Assembly (NCBI GenBank): GCA_031414955.1
Contig: JANOQV010000308.1
Span: 33,769 to 97,768 of the forward strand
DNA: 64,000 nt
Reading direction: 5' to 3'
Source of the DNA: Pedosphaera sp.
Lineage (GTDB): Bacteria > Verrucomicrobiota > Verrucomicrobiia > Limisphaerales > SIBH01
This document shows, piece after piece, positions 8,500 through 18,282 of this stretch (positions within the stretch are counted from its first letter, which is position 1; each line of letters begins with the position of its first letter). Both the position numbers and the translations under genes were made by a program. The notes beneath the pieces are model-generated. The model saw only the letters and a program-made list of their open reading frames with translations. It did not search any database and had not been told where the DNA came from.

Positions 8500-9645
8500 T
8501 CAGTCCAGTGACTTCAATCCTTGCACCACGCTCATCCGCATCACCGACAAGGAGGGCATGAGACTCGAGAGAATGCCCAAGCCGGCGGCCACCACGGTGG
8601 TCACACCGAGGATCTCAGGCGTGACCTCCAGCGCGGTAATCATGCCGTTGGTCAGCTTCGGGATGTCGCCGAAAGTGAACAGGCAGTAGCCGCCGCCGAT
8701 GCCAAGCAGCGCCCCCGCCGCCGCCAGACCAAAGCTCTCGGCGAGGATGAAGGCGAACAGCTCGCGCCGCCGGTAGCCGATGGCCTTGAGGATGGCCAGC
8801 TCGCGGAAACGCTCGCGCACCGCCATGCTCATGGTGCTGGCCGTGACCAGCAGGAGCGTAAAGACCACCGCCGACGAGATGAGCGAGACGAGCAGCCGGA
8901 TGTTGCCCCACATGGAGATGAATCCGAGTTGGAAGGCGCGCTCCGTCTCGGCCCGCACTTCCGCCGAGGTGTTGAGGAAGGCCTGGTTGATCGCCTCGAT
9001 GACCGCCGGCATGTCGTCCGCCGCCCGCACCTTGATCCACCACATGCCGACCTGACCGGACTGCCCGCTGGACTCGTCGAGGTAATCCTGGCGGAAGAAC
9101 ATGTTCCGATCATCCTGCGAACCGGCGTAGATGCCGACCAGTTTGAACTCGAGCGTGACGGGATAAACCGTGCTCTCCATGACAATCCGGTCGCCGACCT
9201 TGAGGCCGTATTTGTCCGCGCTGACCTTGCCCAGCACGCAGCCGGTACGCTCGGACTGAAAGGCGGCGTAAGCTTCTTCCGTCATTTTGGCGTCGCCGAA
9301 AACCGCGCGCAACTTCGTCGGATCGAGCGCAAACTGGGCAAAGCTCATGCTCTCCTCATTCTTGTACTTGCCGCCGAACCAGGTGAAGGGCGTGACCGCC
9401 GCCACCCCGGGAATGCGCTCAATGATGGGCCGCTGTCGGGCGGGCAGGAGGTTGGCAATGGAGATTTTGTTCCGCACCGCCACGCGCAGCTCCGCGCCGG
9501 CGCTCTCCGGCGGATGCGTGACCAGGCGCAGGAACACCATCAGGAACAAGAGCAGAAACAGGCTCACCGCCACGCTGAGAATGGAGAGCGCGGCCCGGCG
9601 TTTGTTCCGCAGCGCGTTCTTGGCGATGAAGGAGGCGAAAGTCAT
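8500..9645 (-). CDS. ABC transporter permease (MacB/FtsX family)
   Basis: KNALRNKRR, RERFRELAILKAIGY; start MTFASF at 9645 (the upstream ORF extension is translated heptamer repeat). Confidence 0.92.
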   Translation of the reverse strand: MTFASFIAKNALRNKRRAALSILSVAVSLFLLLFLMVFLRLVTHPPESAGAELRVAVRNKISIANLLPARQRPIIERIPGVAAVTPFTWFGGKYKNEESMSFAQFALDPTKLRAVFGDAKMTEEAYAAFQSERTGCVLGKVSADKYGLKVGDRIVMESTVYPVTLEFKLVGIYAGSQDDRNMFFRQDYLDESSGQSGQVGMWWIKVRAADDMPAVIEAINQAFLNTSAEVRAETERAFQLGFISMWGNIRLLVSLISSAVVFTLLLVTASTMSMAVRERFRELAILKAIGYRRRELFAFILAESFGLAAAGALLGIGGGYCLFTFGDIPKLTNGMITALEVTPEILGVTTVVAAGLGILSSLMPSLSVMRMSVVQGLKSLD

Positions 9646-9651
9646 GGGGCC

Positions 9652-9753
9652 AATGAGAAATGACGAATGACGAATGACGAATGACGAATGGAAACCGACG
9701 AGCGAAAGGTGCCCTCCCCTTTTGTCATTCGTCATTCTGCATTCGTCATTCAT
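9652..9753. repeat. Inverted arrays of 7-nt tandem repeats (AATGACG)n / (TCATTCG)n
   Basis: Left arm 9652-9690, right arm 9724-9753. Confidence 0.9.
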
Positions 9754-9760
9754 AACCCTC

Positions 9761-10444
9761 TCACTCTTTCACCAGCTCTCCCTTCTCCAGATGAATCGTC
9801 CGCGAGCCAAAGGCAGCGGCCTTCGGATCGTGCGTGACCATGATGACGGTCTTGCCGAGCTGGCCGCTCAGGCTCTTCAAAATATTCATCACCTCGGTGG
9901 CCGACTGGTGATCCAGGTTGCCCGTCGGCTCGTCAGCCACGATGAGCGCGGGGTCGGTCACGAGCGCGCGGGCGATGGCCACGCGCTGTTCCTGCCCGCC
10001 GGACAACTGCCGAGGCAGATGTTTCATGCGATCCTTCAACCCGACCAGCGAGAGCGCATTCTCGACCTGCTCGCGCCGTTCACGCCGGTTTAACTTGGTC
10101 AACAGCAAGGGCAGCTCCACGTTTTCAAAGGCGGTCAGCACGGGAATCAAATTGAAGGTCTGGAAGACGAAGCCCACGTTCTGGTTCCGCCAGTCGGCCA
10201 GGTCGGATTCATTGAGCAGCGGCACGTTCACGCCCTGCACACGGCAGGTGCCGCTGGTCGGGCGATCCACCCCGGCAATGATGTGCAGCAAGGTGGATTT
10301 GCCTGAGCCGCTCGGTCCCATGAGCGCGAGGAATTCGCCCGGTGCGATGTCCACCGACACGTTGTCCAGCGCGGTGACTTTGATCTCCCCCTGCAAATAG
10401 GTTTTGGTCAGATCCCGGATTTCAACAATGGATGCCTCAGCCAT
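9761..10444 (-). CDS. ABC transporter ATP-binding protein (LolD/MacB-like)
   Basis: GPSGSGKS Walker [29 protein letters not shown]. Confidence 0.95.
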   Translation of the reverse strand: MAEASIVEIRDLTKTYLQGEIKVTALDNVSVDIAPGEFLALMGPSGSGKSTLLHIIAGVDRPTSGTCRVQGVNVPLLNESDLADWRNQNVGFVFQTFNLIPVLTAFENVELPLLLTKLNRRERREQVENALSLVGLKDRMKHLPRQLSGGQEQRVAIARALVTDPALIVADEPTGNLDHQSATEVMNILKSLSGQLGKTVIMVTHDPKAAAFGSRTIHLEKGELVKE

Positions 10445-10550
10445 GACGCGCCGTTGATAAGGGACGCCGGCCATGCTGTCCACGGCGATAGCGGGAAAGC
10501 ACGCGGCCGGGCCGGAAGTCCAGGTCGAGGGGAACCCCGCGCAGCGCGGC

Positions 10551-11954
10551 CTACTTTTTGGGGGCGAGCATCCGGCGCACGGCGGCTTCGAGAGCGGCGC
10601 TGTGCTTTTTCCGGCCCTCGACCGTGGCCCAGGCGGCGGTCGAGCCGGAGGATTCAGCGAGAGTTCCAGTGAGGCCGCTGACGTTGGCCGCAGAGACGGA
10701 AGTGCCGGCGACGGAGTATTGCTGATCGCCGAAAGTGATGATGCTGCCGCCGGGGGCGATCACATCCACGGAGGCGGCGCGGTTGGCGTAGTTCGCAAGG
10801 TTGCCGGAGCGATCGCTGGCCGTGACGGAAATGACTTCGGGATAACTCGCCGGGTAGGTCTCGGTCTGGACGGGGGTGTTGCCGGCGGAGGCGATGAAGA
10901 CCACGCCCTGGTTGTGCGCACTGATGATGGTGTTGTGCATGAACGAGCTGTCGCCTTCGCCACCCAGGCTCAGATTCACAATCATCGCGCCGCCATTCAC
11001 GGCCTTGTAGATGCCGTTGGCGATATCGAAGGTGGTGGTTTGCTCGCCGCCCTCGGAATACACGTTCACCGGCAGGAGGCGCACGGTGGTGGACTTGTCG
11101 TCGCTATTGGCGGCCACGGCGCGGAGCAGTGTTTCGGCCATGGAAGTGCCGTGGGTGGGCGCACCGCCACTCGTGGTGTCGCTGACGGCGGTGCCGGGAA
11201 GCAGAAATTCGGAGAAGCGACCTTCCTTGGGCTGCACCGCCGTGTCCACCAGTCCGATGACCACGTATTGGCCGTCGGGCGACGCTTTGGGCGAAAGGCC
11301 CAACGGGCCACCTGGCGTGCCCAGGGGCCGCGAGCCTTCCGGACGGGAGACGTAATAATTATTGTCCACGCTCTCCACGGCGGGATTGCTGGCGAGATCG
11401 GTGCGCGCTGACTGCGCTGACGCATCATCATCGAAGCTCAGCCGGTAGGTGTTCTGGCCCTCGGCGCGGCCCACGATTTTGGCACCCAGCTTTTTCGCCA
11501 GGGCCTCGATGCTTTCCCCCGGCTTCAGCGTCACGATGAGTTCGTTGCCGATGAGACCCTTGTTTGACTTGGCCTCGGCGGCCTCGGCAGCGGGTTGAAT
11601 GGCCTGGGTGGCCTGGTTGCGGGAACTGCGAAAGACATAGAGCCGGGCCGGGCCGTTGGTCTCGGGAATAAGCGCGTAGCTGTAATCGCCGAGCAAGCGG
11701 CGCAGCGCGTCGCCGGGAGCCTTGCCGGTGAAGCGGGCCGGGATCCGGTTGGTGATGCCGGGGTCGAGATAAATGTGCCAGCCGCTGGAGCGGGCCACGC
11801 GCTGCAAGAGCTGCGGCACGGTCCAGGTCTCGATGCGGGCCTCGACGATGTCACGCTCGGCATCCCATTTAAGCAGGTCGGCGGAGAATGCGGCGGGAGT
11901 GGCCGTGATCCAAATCGTGATCGCCAGACTGAGTTGCTTCTGCCAGTGCTTCAT
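10551..11954 (-). CDS. Exported S8 (subtilisin-like) serine peptidase with N-terminal STN-like domain
   Basis: Signal peptide MKHWQKQ; triad motifs LVDTA, HGTSMA, GTSVSA; SAGN oxyanion-hole motif; NLSLG. Confidence 0.85.
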   Translation of the reverse strand: MKHWQKQLSLAITIWITATPAAFSADLLKWDAERDIVEARIETWTVPQLLQRVARSSGWHIYLDPGITNRIPARFTGKAPGDALRRLLGDYSYALIPETNGPARLYVFRSSRNQATQAIQPAAEAAEAKSNKGLIGNELIVTLKPGESIEALAKKLGAKIVGRAEGQNTYRLSFDDDASAQSARTDLASNPAVESVDNNYYVSRPEGSRPLGTPGGPLGLSPKASPDGQYVVIGLVDTAVQPKEGRFSEFLLPGTAVSDTTSGGAPTHGTSMAETLLRAVAANSDDKSTTVRLLPVNVYSEGGEQTTTFDIANGIYKAVNGGAMIVNLSLGGEGDSSFMHNTIISAHNQGVVFIASAGNTPVQTETYPASYPEVISVTASDRSGNLANYANRAASVDVIAPGGSIITFGDQQYSVAGTSVSAANVSGLTGTLAESSGSTAAWATVEGRKKHSAALEAAVRRMLAPKK

Positions 11955-12181
11955 GCGCGCGCAATATAACGAAAGGAAACCCCAGCGCGACAGAAAGGTT
12001 GCTGACCGCACCTGCGGCCCGTGGTCGAAAGCGGAAGCGAGGCCTGCGCCGGCCCTCCGCACTCCGGCTCGGTGCGGTCCTGGGGCTGCTCATCGGCCGG
12101 GGTGTTCAGCCCGCGCGAATCTTGGGCGGAGCGTTTAGTCCTGGGAGCAAACCCGTTGCTGGGCCAACCGGCGGAAGGAGA

Positions 12182-12256
12182 TGGTGCGCGGTACAGGGTT
12201 CGAACCTGTGACCCCTACCGTGTCAAGGTAATGCTCTACCACTGAGCTAACCGCGC
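12182..12256 (-). tRNA. tRNA-Val(GAC)
   Basis: Reverse complement GCGCGGTTAGCTCAGTGGTAGAGCATTACCTTGACACGGTAGGGGTCACAGGTTCGAACCCTGTACCGCGCACCA: cloverleaf, anticodon GAC, encoded CCA. Confidence 0.98.
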
Positions 12257-12467
12257 ACTGAAAAACGGGAGCGCATTTCGCCAAAGCCCCGCCTCGAAGG
12301 CAAGCGTAGAAATGTCATTTATGGATCGGCGAGGAGCGCCTTGAAAGAATCGCCGCCACCATCCTTGCCTCGTCCGTGGGGTCGGATTGAAAGGCTGTTC
12401 TGCGGCGGACCAGTTCCCAGGCCTGGCCGGTTTTCGATTGCTCCGGCTTTCGCCACGGGCTTATAGA

Positions 12468-15400
12468 ATGAGCACCGTCAGGAAAACCGTGCGCAAACTC
12501 TTACATCGCGTGACTGACCGCCTGAAACACTCCGGCGAGGGTGCGATCATCCCGGCGGACGAACCGCTCCGCATCGCCGCCGTCCGGCGCTACGACATTC
12601 TCGACACGCTGCCCGAGGCGGTCTTTGACGATTTGACCAAGCTGGCGGGAAACATCTGCGCCATGCCAGTGTCCCTGCTCGTGCTGGTGGACGAGCACCG
12701 CCTCTGGTTCAAGAGCAAGATCGGGGTCGAACTTTCCGAGGTGATGCGGGACGCGGCCCCCTGCGGCTACGCCATCCTCGGCGAGGAGTTGCTGGTGGTG
12801 GAGAACCTGCACCGCGATCCGCGCTTTGCGAAATCTCCGCTGGTCAAGGGCGGGCCGCAGTTGCGCTTCTACGCCACGACGCCGCTCCTCACCTCGGATG
12901 GCTTCCGCATCGGGACGCTCTGCGTGGCCGACCGGCGCCAGCGGCGGCTCTCGGCCCAACAACGCGAGGCCCTGCGCATCCTGGCCCACCAGGTCATGGC
13001 GCAACTGGAACTGCGGCGGCATCTCGTCGAACTGGAACGCAGCCTCTTCGAGCACCGCCAAACCCAGGCTGCGCTCAAAAACTCCGAGCTGTTTTACCAG
13101 ACACTCGTTGAGTCGTTGCCCCAGAACATCCTGCGCAAGGACACGCAGGGCCGGTTCGTCTTCGTGAACCAAAAGTTCTGCGCCACTCTCGGCCAGCCTT
13201 TGAGCGAAGTGATCGGCAAGACGGACCGCGATTTTTTCCCGGCCCACCTGGCCGACAAGTATCACCGCGACGACTTGCGCGTCATGGCCACGCGCGATCC
13301 CGTGGACACCATCGAGGCGAACCAGACCCCGCAAGGCGATCGCATCTACGTCCACGTCATCAAGACACCGCTCTACGATGCGGCCGGCAACGTGGTGGGC
13401 ATCCAGGGAATTTTCTGGGACGTGACCGAGCGGCGGAAGACCGAGGAAGCCCTGGCCTACGAGCGCGACCTGCTGCGCGCCTTGCTGGATAACATTCCCG
13501 ACCGGATATATTTCAAGGATCTGCAGTCACGTTTCCTGCGCATCAGCCTTTCGATGGCTCGTCGCCTGGGGGTGGGCAACCCGGAGGACGTGGTGGGCAA
13601 GACGGATTTTGATTTCTACCCCAAGACCATGGCCTCGGAGTTTTTCGCCGACGAGCAGCGCATCGTCCAGACCGGGCAGCCATTGATCAACAAACTGGAG
13701 CGCATCGTGGACCGGGACGGCCGCGAGAGCTGGGCCTCGGTCACCAAGGTGCCGCTCTACAACAAGTCCGGCACCGTCACCGGCATCATCGGCATCTCGC
13801 GCGACGTGACCAAACTGAAGGAGGCCGAGTCCGCCCTGGAGCACGCCCGCGACGCGGCGCTGGAGACGGCGCGGGTCAAATCCGAATTCCTGGCCAACAT
13901 GAGCCACGAGATTCGCACGCCGATGAACGCCATCACCGGCATGACCGACCTGCTGGCCGACACCCGGCTCGACGAGGAGCAGCGTGAATTCGTGGAGACC
14001 GTGCGGGGCAGCACCGACACGCTGCTCAACATCATCAACGACATTCTGGATTTCTCGAAGATCGAAGCGGGCAAGCTGACCATTGAGACGATTGACTTCG
14101 ACCTGCGCGAAACCATCGAGGACACGGCCGAGATGCTCGCGCAGCGCGCCCAGAGCAAGGGCGTGGAACTGCTCCATACCATCGAGTCCAACGTGCCGAC
14201 CCGGCTGCGCGGCGACCCGCACCGCATCCGCCAGGTGCTGGCCAACCTGGTGAGCAATGCGGCCAAATTCACGGAGCGCGGGGAGATTGCCATCCGGGTT
14301 TCACTCCGAGGCGAAACGGAGGCGGGGGCCCGCATCCGCGTCGCGGTGTGCGACACCGGCATCGGCATCGGGGCCAAGGCTCTGCCGCTCATTTTCCAGG
14401 CCTTCACCCAGGCCGACGGCTCCACCACGCGCCGTTACGGCGGCACCGGGCTGGGCCTCACCATTTCCAAGCAGCTCGTGGAAATGATGCAGGGGCAGAT
14501 TGGTGTCGAAAGCAAACCCGCCCAGGGTTCGACCTTTTGGTTCGAGCTGCCGCTGGCCAGACAACCCGCGCCGGAACCCACCGAGGCCGCCCCGGATTTT
14601 CAAAACCTTCGCGTGCTGGTCGTGGACGACAACGCCACCAGCCGCGAGTCCTTGCAACAGCAGTTGGGCCGATGGCGGTTGCGGAGCGCGACCGCGAGCG
14701 ACGCGCCCGAGGCCTTGAGCCAGCTCCGCTCCGCCGCCGCCGAAAACGATCCCTTCACCGTCGCCCTGCTCGACCTGCAGATGCCGGGCATGGACGGGTT
14801 GACCCTGGCCGGCGCCATCCGCCACGATCCGGCGCTGACCCGGACCGGCGTGATCATTCTCGCCCCTTTCGGCCAGCGGCTCGATGCCGACCTGATGCAC
14901 GAGGCCGGTGTCAGCCAGTGCCTGATCAAGCCGGTGAAACAATCGCGCCTGCTGGATTCGCTGGTCAACACCACGCACGCCCCCGTGGCTTCCGCTCCAC
15001 CCCACACGCCGCGCGCCGAGGCGGGGCCGCCCCAGATGAGGCCGGCCGTGCAGCCATTACGAATCCTGCTCGCAGAAGACAACGCCGTGAACCAAAAGCT
15101 GGCCCTGCGCCAGTTGCAGAAGCTCGGCTATGCCGCCCACGCCGTGGGCAATGGCGCGGAAGTGCTGCAAGAAGTTGAACGCTTCGGCTTCGACGTCATT
15201 CTCATGGACTGCCAGATGCCGGAGATGGACGGCTACGAAGTCACGATCCGACTGCGTGAATTTGAGAAACGCAATGCCGGTCGGCGCACGCCCGCCTACA
15301 TCATTGCCGTCACGGCGCACGCCATGGACGGCGACCGCGAGCGGTGTCTGAGCGCGGGCATGAACGATTACCTGACCAAACCGCTGCACATCGCGCAGCT

Positions 15401-15806
15401 CGAGACCGCACTCCTCCGCGCCACGCGCCGACGCCCAGTCACGGCCCCGGTCGAGGCCACGCTCGACCCGGTGAGCATCGCGAGCTTGAAGGAATTGCGT
15501 GAGCCGGGCCAGCCTGACCCACTGGTGGAACTGGTGGGCCTCTTTAATCGCGAGGCCGAGGCCTGCACCGACCGCATGGAGAAAGGGCTGGCGAGTCGTG
15601 ACCCCGAGATCACCGCGCGCGCCGCGCATTCGCTCAAGGGTAGTTCCAGCAACCTCGGCGCAGTCCGACTTGCTTCCCTCTGCGCCTCCGTGGAAAAAAA
15701 CTCCAAGGCGGGCGACTGGAGTCCGGTCGGCGATCAACTTCGCGAGATCAAGACCGAGTTGGGCCGCGTGCGGCAGATGCTCCAGGCTGAGATTCAGCCC
15801 GAGTGA
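12468..15806 (+). CDS. Cytoplasmic hybrid sensor histidine kinase (GAF-PAS-PAS-HisKA-HATPase-REC-REC-HPt)
   Basis: [16 protein letters not shown]1/F/G2 boxes, LLDLQMP and LMDCQMP receivers, AHSLKGSS HPt; start uncertain. Confidence 0.95.
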   Translation: MSTVRKTVRKLLHRVTDRLKHSGEGAIIPADEPLRIAAVRRYDILDTLPEAVFDDLTKLAGNICAMPVSLLVLVDEHRLWFKSKIGVELSEVMRDAAPCGYAILGEELLVVENLHRDPRFAKSPLVKGGPQLRFYATTPLLTSDGFRIGTLCVADRRQRRLSAQQREALRILAHQVMAQLELRRHLVELERSLFEHRQTQAALKNSELFYQTLVESLPQNILRKDTQGRFVFVNQKFCATLGQPLSEVIGKTDRDFFPAHLADKYHRDDLRVMATRDPVDTIEANQTPQGDRIYVHVIKTPLYDAAGNVVGIQGIFWDVTERRKTEEALAYERDLLRALLDNIPDRIYFKDLQSRFLRISLSMARRLGVGNPEDVVGKTDFDFYPKTMASEFFADEQRIVQTGQPLINKLERIVDRDGRESWASVTKVPLYNKSGTVTGIIGISRDVTKLKEAESALEHARDAALETARVKSEFLANMSHEIRTPMNAITGMTDLLADTRLDEEQREFVETVRGSTDTLLNIINDILDFSKIEAGKLTIETIDFDLRETIEDTAEMLAQRAQSKGVELLHTIESNVPTRLRGDPHRIRQVLANLVSNAAKFTERGEIAIRVSLRGETEAGARIRVAVCDTGIGIGAKALPLIFQAFTQADGSTTRRYGGTGLGLTISKQLVEMMQGQIGVESKPAQGSTFWFELPLARQPAPEPTEAAPDFQNLRVLVVDDNATSRESLQQQLGRWRLRSATASDAPEALSQLRSAAAENDPFTVALLDLQMPGMDGLTLAGAIRHDPALTRTGVIILAPFGQRLDADLMHEAGVSQCLIKPVKQSRLLDSLVNTTHAPVASAPPHTPRAEAGPPQMRPAVQPLRILLAEDNAVNQKLALRQLQKLGYAAHAVGNGAEVLQEVERFGFDVILMDCQMPEMDGYEVTIRLREFEKRNAGRRTPAYIIAVTAHAMDGDRERCLSAGMNDYLTKPLHIAQLETALLRATRRRPVTAPVEATLDPVSIASLKELREPGQPDPLVELVGLFNREAEACTDRMEKGLASRDPEITARAAHSLKGSSSNLGAVRLASLCASVEKNSKAGDWSPVGDQLREIKTELGRVRQMLQAEIQPE

Positions 15807-15870
15807 CGCGCTGGATCAGAACCGGCCGGGTGGCCCCGGCCGAGTCCTTGCCCAGACAGTTTCCATCTGA

Positions 15871-15903
15871 AAAGCGAAACGCCGCCCCGGATTCGGGGCG
15901 GCG
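15871..15903 (-). terminator. Terminator hairpin between convergent genes
   Basis: CGCCGCCCCG-GATT-CGGGGCGGCG 10-bp stem; T-rich tail on the minus strand. Confidence 0.8.
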
Positions 15904-15935
15904 CAGTCCTGAAACCTTCTGCGATCCTCGGTTTA

Positions 15936-16466
15936 CTACTTGAGCAAACCCACCAGCACCGCGCCCGCTTCCTGCCGGGGAGAGAGCGCCTTGCGCAAAT
16001 CCTCCTGGGCCTTATCCAAGGCCGTCTCCTTGGACTTGCGCGCCTCGCGCACCTTGGACAGTTTGGCCTTCACTTCCTCTGCCGGCGCCTTGTCCTCCAG
16101 CGCCTTGGTGAGTTCCTCGACTTCGGGGCTGGGCTGGGCACCACCCCGATTGCGATTGCCGCCCTGGTCCGCGTTTCCTGCGGGAGCCGCACCGCCCGCA
16201 CCGCCGCGTCCACCGCGTCCACCACCAAAACCACCAAAGCCCGCCCCCATGCGCGCCTCGCGCTGGGCATCCATCACCTTGCCGACGAGCGGTTCGATCT
16301 TCTTCCAATCGTCATCACTCTTAACCTCAATGCGCTCACGGTAGCGATCCATCTGCTGCTGCCGGAACTGGGCGGGGTCGCCCTGCGCCGAAGCGCTATT
16401 CGTGAAGAAACCGATCGCGGCCACCGCGGCGGACAAGGCGAGCCATTGCTGCATTTTATTTTTCAT
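15936..16466 (-). CDS. Exported helical hypothetical protein with central Gly/Arg-rich loop
   Basis: Sec signal ending ASA-Q; coiled/helical halves separated by GGFGGGRGGRGG. Confidence 0.8.
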   Translation of the reverse strand: MKNKMQQWLALSAAVAAIGFFTNSASAQGDPAQFRQQQMDRYRERIEVKSDDDWKKIEPLVGKVMDAQREARMGAGFGGFGGGRGGRGGAGGAAPAGNADQGGNRNRGGAQPSPEVEELTKALEDKAPAEEVKAKLSKVREARKSKETALDKAQEDLRKALSPRQEAGAVLVGLLK

Positions 16467-16490
16467 ATTGAATTTGGGTGTTGTGAGGCC

Positions 16491-16520
16491 AAGACCCGCC
16501 CGCCGTCGCTCAAGTTACAA
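16491..16520 (-). promoter_or_regulatory. Possible ECF sigma promoter
   Basis: TGTAAC-N17-GGTCT about 25 nt upstream of ATG 16466. Confidence 0.3.
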
Positions 16521-16635
16521 AAGTTTTCCGCCCCCGGTCCGCTTGGCCTCCACCCTCAACTTTCAAACTATTCGGGCGAAGGCGTGTCTCCATTCAACCC
16601 ACGGGCACTGCGGTCTGCGAGTCCGGCTCACGCCT

Positions 16636-18153
16636 TCACACGAGCACCTGTTCCACCACACGCCCATGCACGTCGGTCAGGCGGCGGTTGATGCCGTTGT
16701 GGTAGAAGGTCAGCCGTTCGTGATCGAGGCCGAGCAGGTGCAGAATGGTGGCGTGAAAGTCCGGGATGGTGACCTTGTTCTCGGCCACGAAATAGCCCAC
16801 TTCGTCGGTCGCGCCGTGGCGGTAGCCCTTCTTCACGCCCGCGCCGGCCAGGAAACAGGTGAAGGCGGTGGGGTGATGATCGCGGCCCGGTGAATCAATC
16901 CCCTGCGTGGCCGGCCCGCGCCCGAACTCGGTGTTCCAGATGACGAGCGTGTCTTCCAACAGGCCGCGTTGCTTGAGGTCCTGGAGGAGCGCAGCCACGG
17001 GGCGGTCCATGGTGGCGGCCTGGGTGTCGTGGTTCTGCTTCAGGTTTTCGTGGCCGTCCCAATTGATGCGCGGGCTGCCGAAGGCGCCGCCATTGAACAC
17101 CTGCACGAAGCGCACGCCGCGTTCGAGGAGGCGACGGGCCATGAGGCAATTGCGCGCGAAACCCTTGTTCGCGTCGTCGTCGAGTCCGTAGAGCTTTTTG
17201 GTGGCGGCGGATTCGCCGTCGAGTTTGGTCGCCTCGGGAATGCTGGCCTGCATGCGCGCGGCTAGTTCGTAGGAGCGCAGGCGCGCGGCGAAAGCGCCGT
17301 CGCCCGGATGCGCGTCGGCAAACTCGCGGTTCATCTCGGCGAGCAGCTTCATGTCCGCCGAGCGCGTGGCCGGGGCGATGTTGGTCGGCGTGTTGAGATC
17401 AACGATTGGTTCGTGGGAATTGGTGCGGAAAGGAACGCCCTGGTGGTTCGCCGGGAGAAAGCCCGAGGTCCAGTTGATGGAACCGCCGGCCATGAGTCCG
17501 CGCGGGTCGGGCAGCACGACGAAGGCGGGCAGGTTCTCGTTCTCCGTGCCCAGCCCGTAACTCAGCCATGCGCCCATGCTCGGAAAACCGTTCATGGTGA
17601 AGCCGCTGTTCATCTGGAAGGTCGCGGGCGTGTGGTTGTTGCTCTTGGCGAACATGGAGTGGATGAAGCACACGTCATCGACGCAGGAGGCGAGATGCGG
17701 CAGCAGACTGCTGACCCACGCGCCGGACTGGCCGTGCTGGCGAAATTCGTAGGGGCTTTTCATCACCTTCCCCGGCTGGCCGAAGAAGCCGAGGTTCTCG
17801 CCTTTGCCTTCGAGCGTCTGGCCGTGGAGCTTCTCCAACTCCGGCTTGTAATCGAACGTATCGAGATGGCTGACGCCGCCGCAGCAGAAGATTTGGAGGA
17901 CGCGCTTGGCCTTGGGCGGAAAGTGCGCAGGTCTCGCGGAGGAAATCACAGCCGACGACGCGGCGCGCGTTTGCTCGCGGTTCAACATCCACGCCAGCGC
18001 AATGCCGCCGAGGCCACCCGCGGTGTTCCACAGGAAATGTCGGCGTGAGAGCAGCGACGTGGCGAGTGGCTGCGCCGGTGAAGGCGCGGCTGTCTCTTCT
18101 TCAAACCGCCGTGTCGCTGCGGCGGCTACGCGAAGGGCGTATTCACCTGACAT
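16636..18153 (-). CDS. DUF1501 domain protein, Tat-exported
   Basis: LLSRRHFL leader, GGVSHLDTFDYKP, ARRLLERGVRFVQ, WDGH, TEFGR, GRDHHP; start uncertain (ATG 18153 overlaps the relic DUF1553 stop). Confidence 0.92.
   Translation of the reverse strand: MSGEYALRVAAAATRRFEEETAAPSPAQPLATSLLSRRHFLWNTAGGLGGIALAWMLNREQTRAASSAVISSARPAHFPPKAKRVLQIFCCGGVSHLDTFDYKPELEKLHGQTLEGKGENLGFFGQPGKVMKSPYEFRQHGQSGAWVSSLLPHLASCVDDVCFIHSMFAKSNNHTPATFQMNSGFTMNGFPSMGAWLSYGLGTENENLPAFVVLPDPRGLMAGGSINWTSGFLPANHQGVPFRTNSHEPIVDLNTPTNIAPATRSADMKLLAEMNREFADAHPGDGAFAARLRSYELAARMQASIPEATKLDGESAATKKLYGLDDDANKGFARNCLMARRLLERGVRFVQVFNGGAFGSPRINWDGHENLKQNHDTQAATMDRPVAALLQDLKQRGLLEDTLVIWNTEFGRGPATQGIDSPGRDHHPTAFTCFLAGAGVKKGYRHGATDEVGYFVAENKVTIPDFHATILHLLGLDHERLTFYHNGINRRLTDVHGRVVEQVLV
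18066..18129. repeat. GT(A/G)G-type REP-like doublet inside the DUF1501 5' end
   Basis: GTGGCTGCGCCGGTGAAGGCGCGG ... CCGCCGTGTCGCTGCGGCGGCTAC; each arm is self-complementary. Confidence 0.55.
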
Positions 18154-18280
18154 AAGCAAACTCCGTGGCATTAAGCAGCGCGCAGCAGACGTACGGCAGT
18201 CCGCACCCCTTCGCCGCCGGTGTGGCGCATTTCAGTTCTTCGCTCTCGACCTCGAGGTCGAGAGTCTGTCGTACAGAAGC
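18143..18280 (-). pseudogene. Relic 3' end of a DUF1553 gene (about 45 codons)
   Basis: Translates RQTLDLEVESEELKCATPAAKGCGLPYVCCALLNATEFAYVR*, aligning without gaps to RHALGRDATRDELKRGVAVAKARGLPHLCWALLNSTEFVYVQ* of the intact gene ending at 19157. Confidence 0.85.
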
Positions 18281-18282
18281 GT

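Noticed and set aside
8353..9753. Heptamer arrays as CRISPR or as coding sequence (ORFs 8181-8426, 8441-8689, MNDECRMTND extension)
   Set aside because: No repeat-spacer structure and no cas genes; the peptides are translations of the 7-mer repeats
12182..12256. tRNA-Val as an integration site for a genomic island
   Set aside because: No integrase, no duplicated tRNA 3' end and no compositional shift seen nearby
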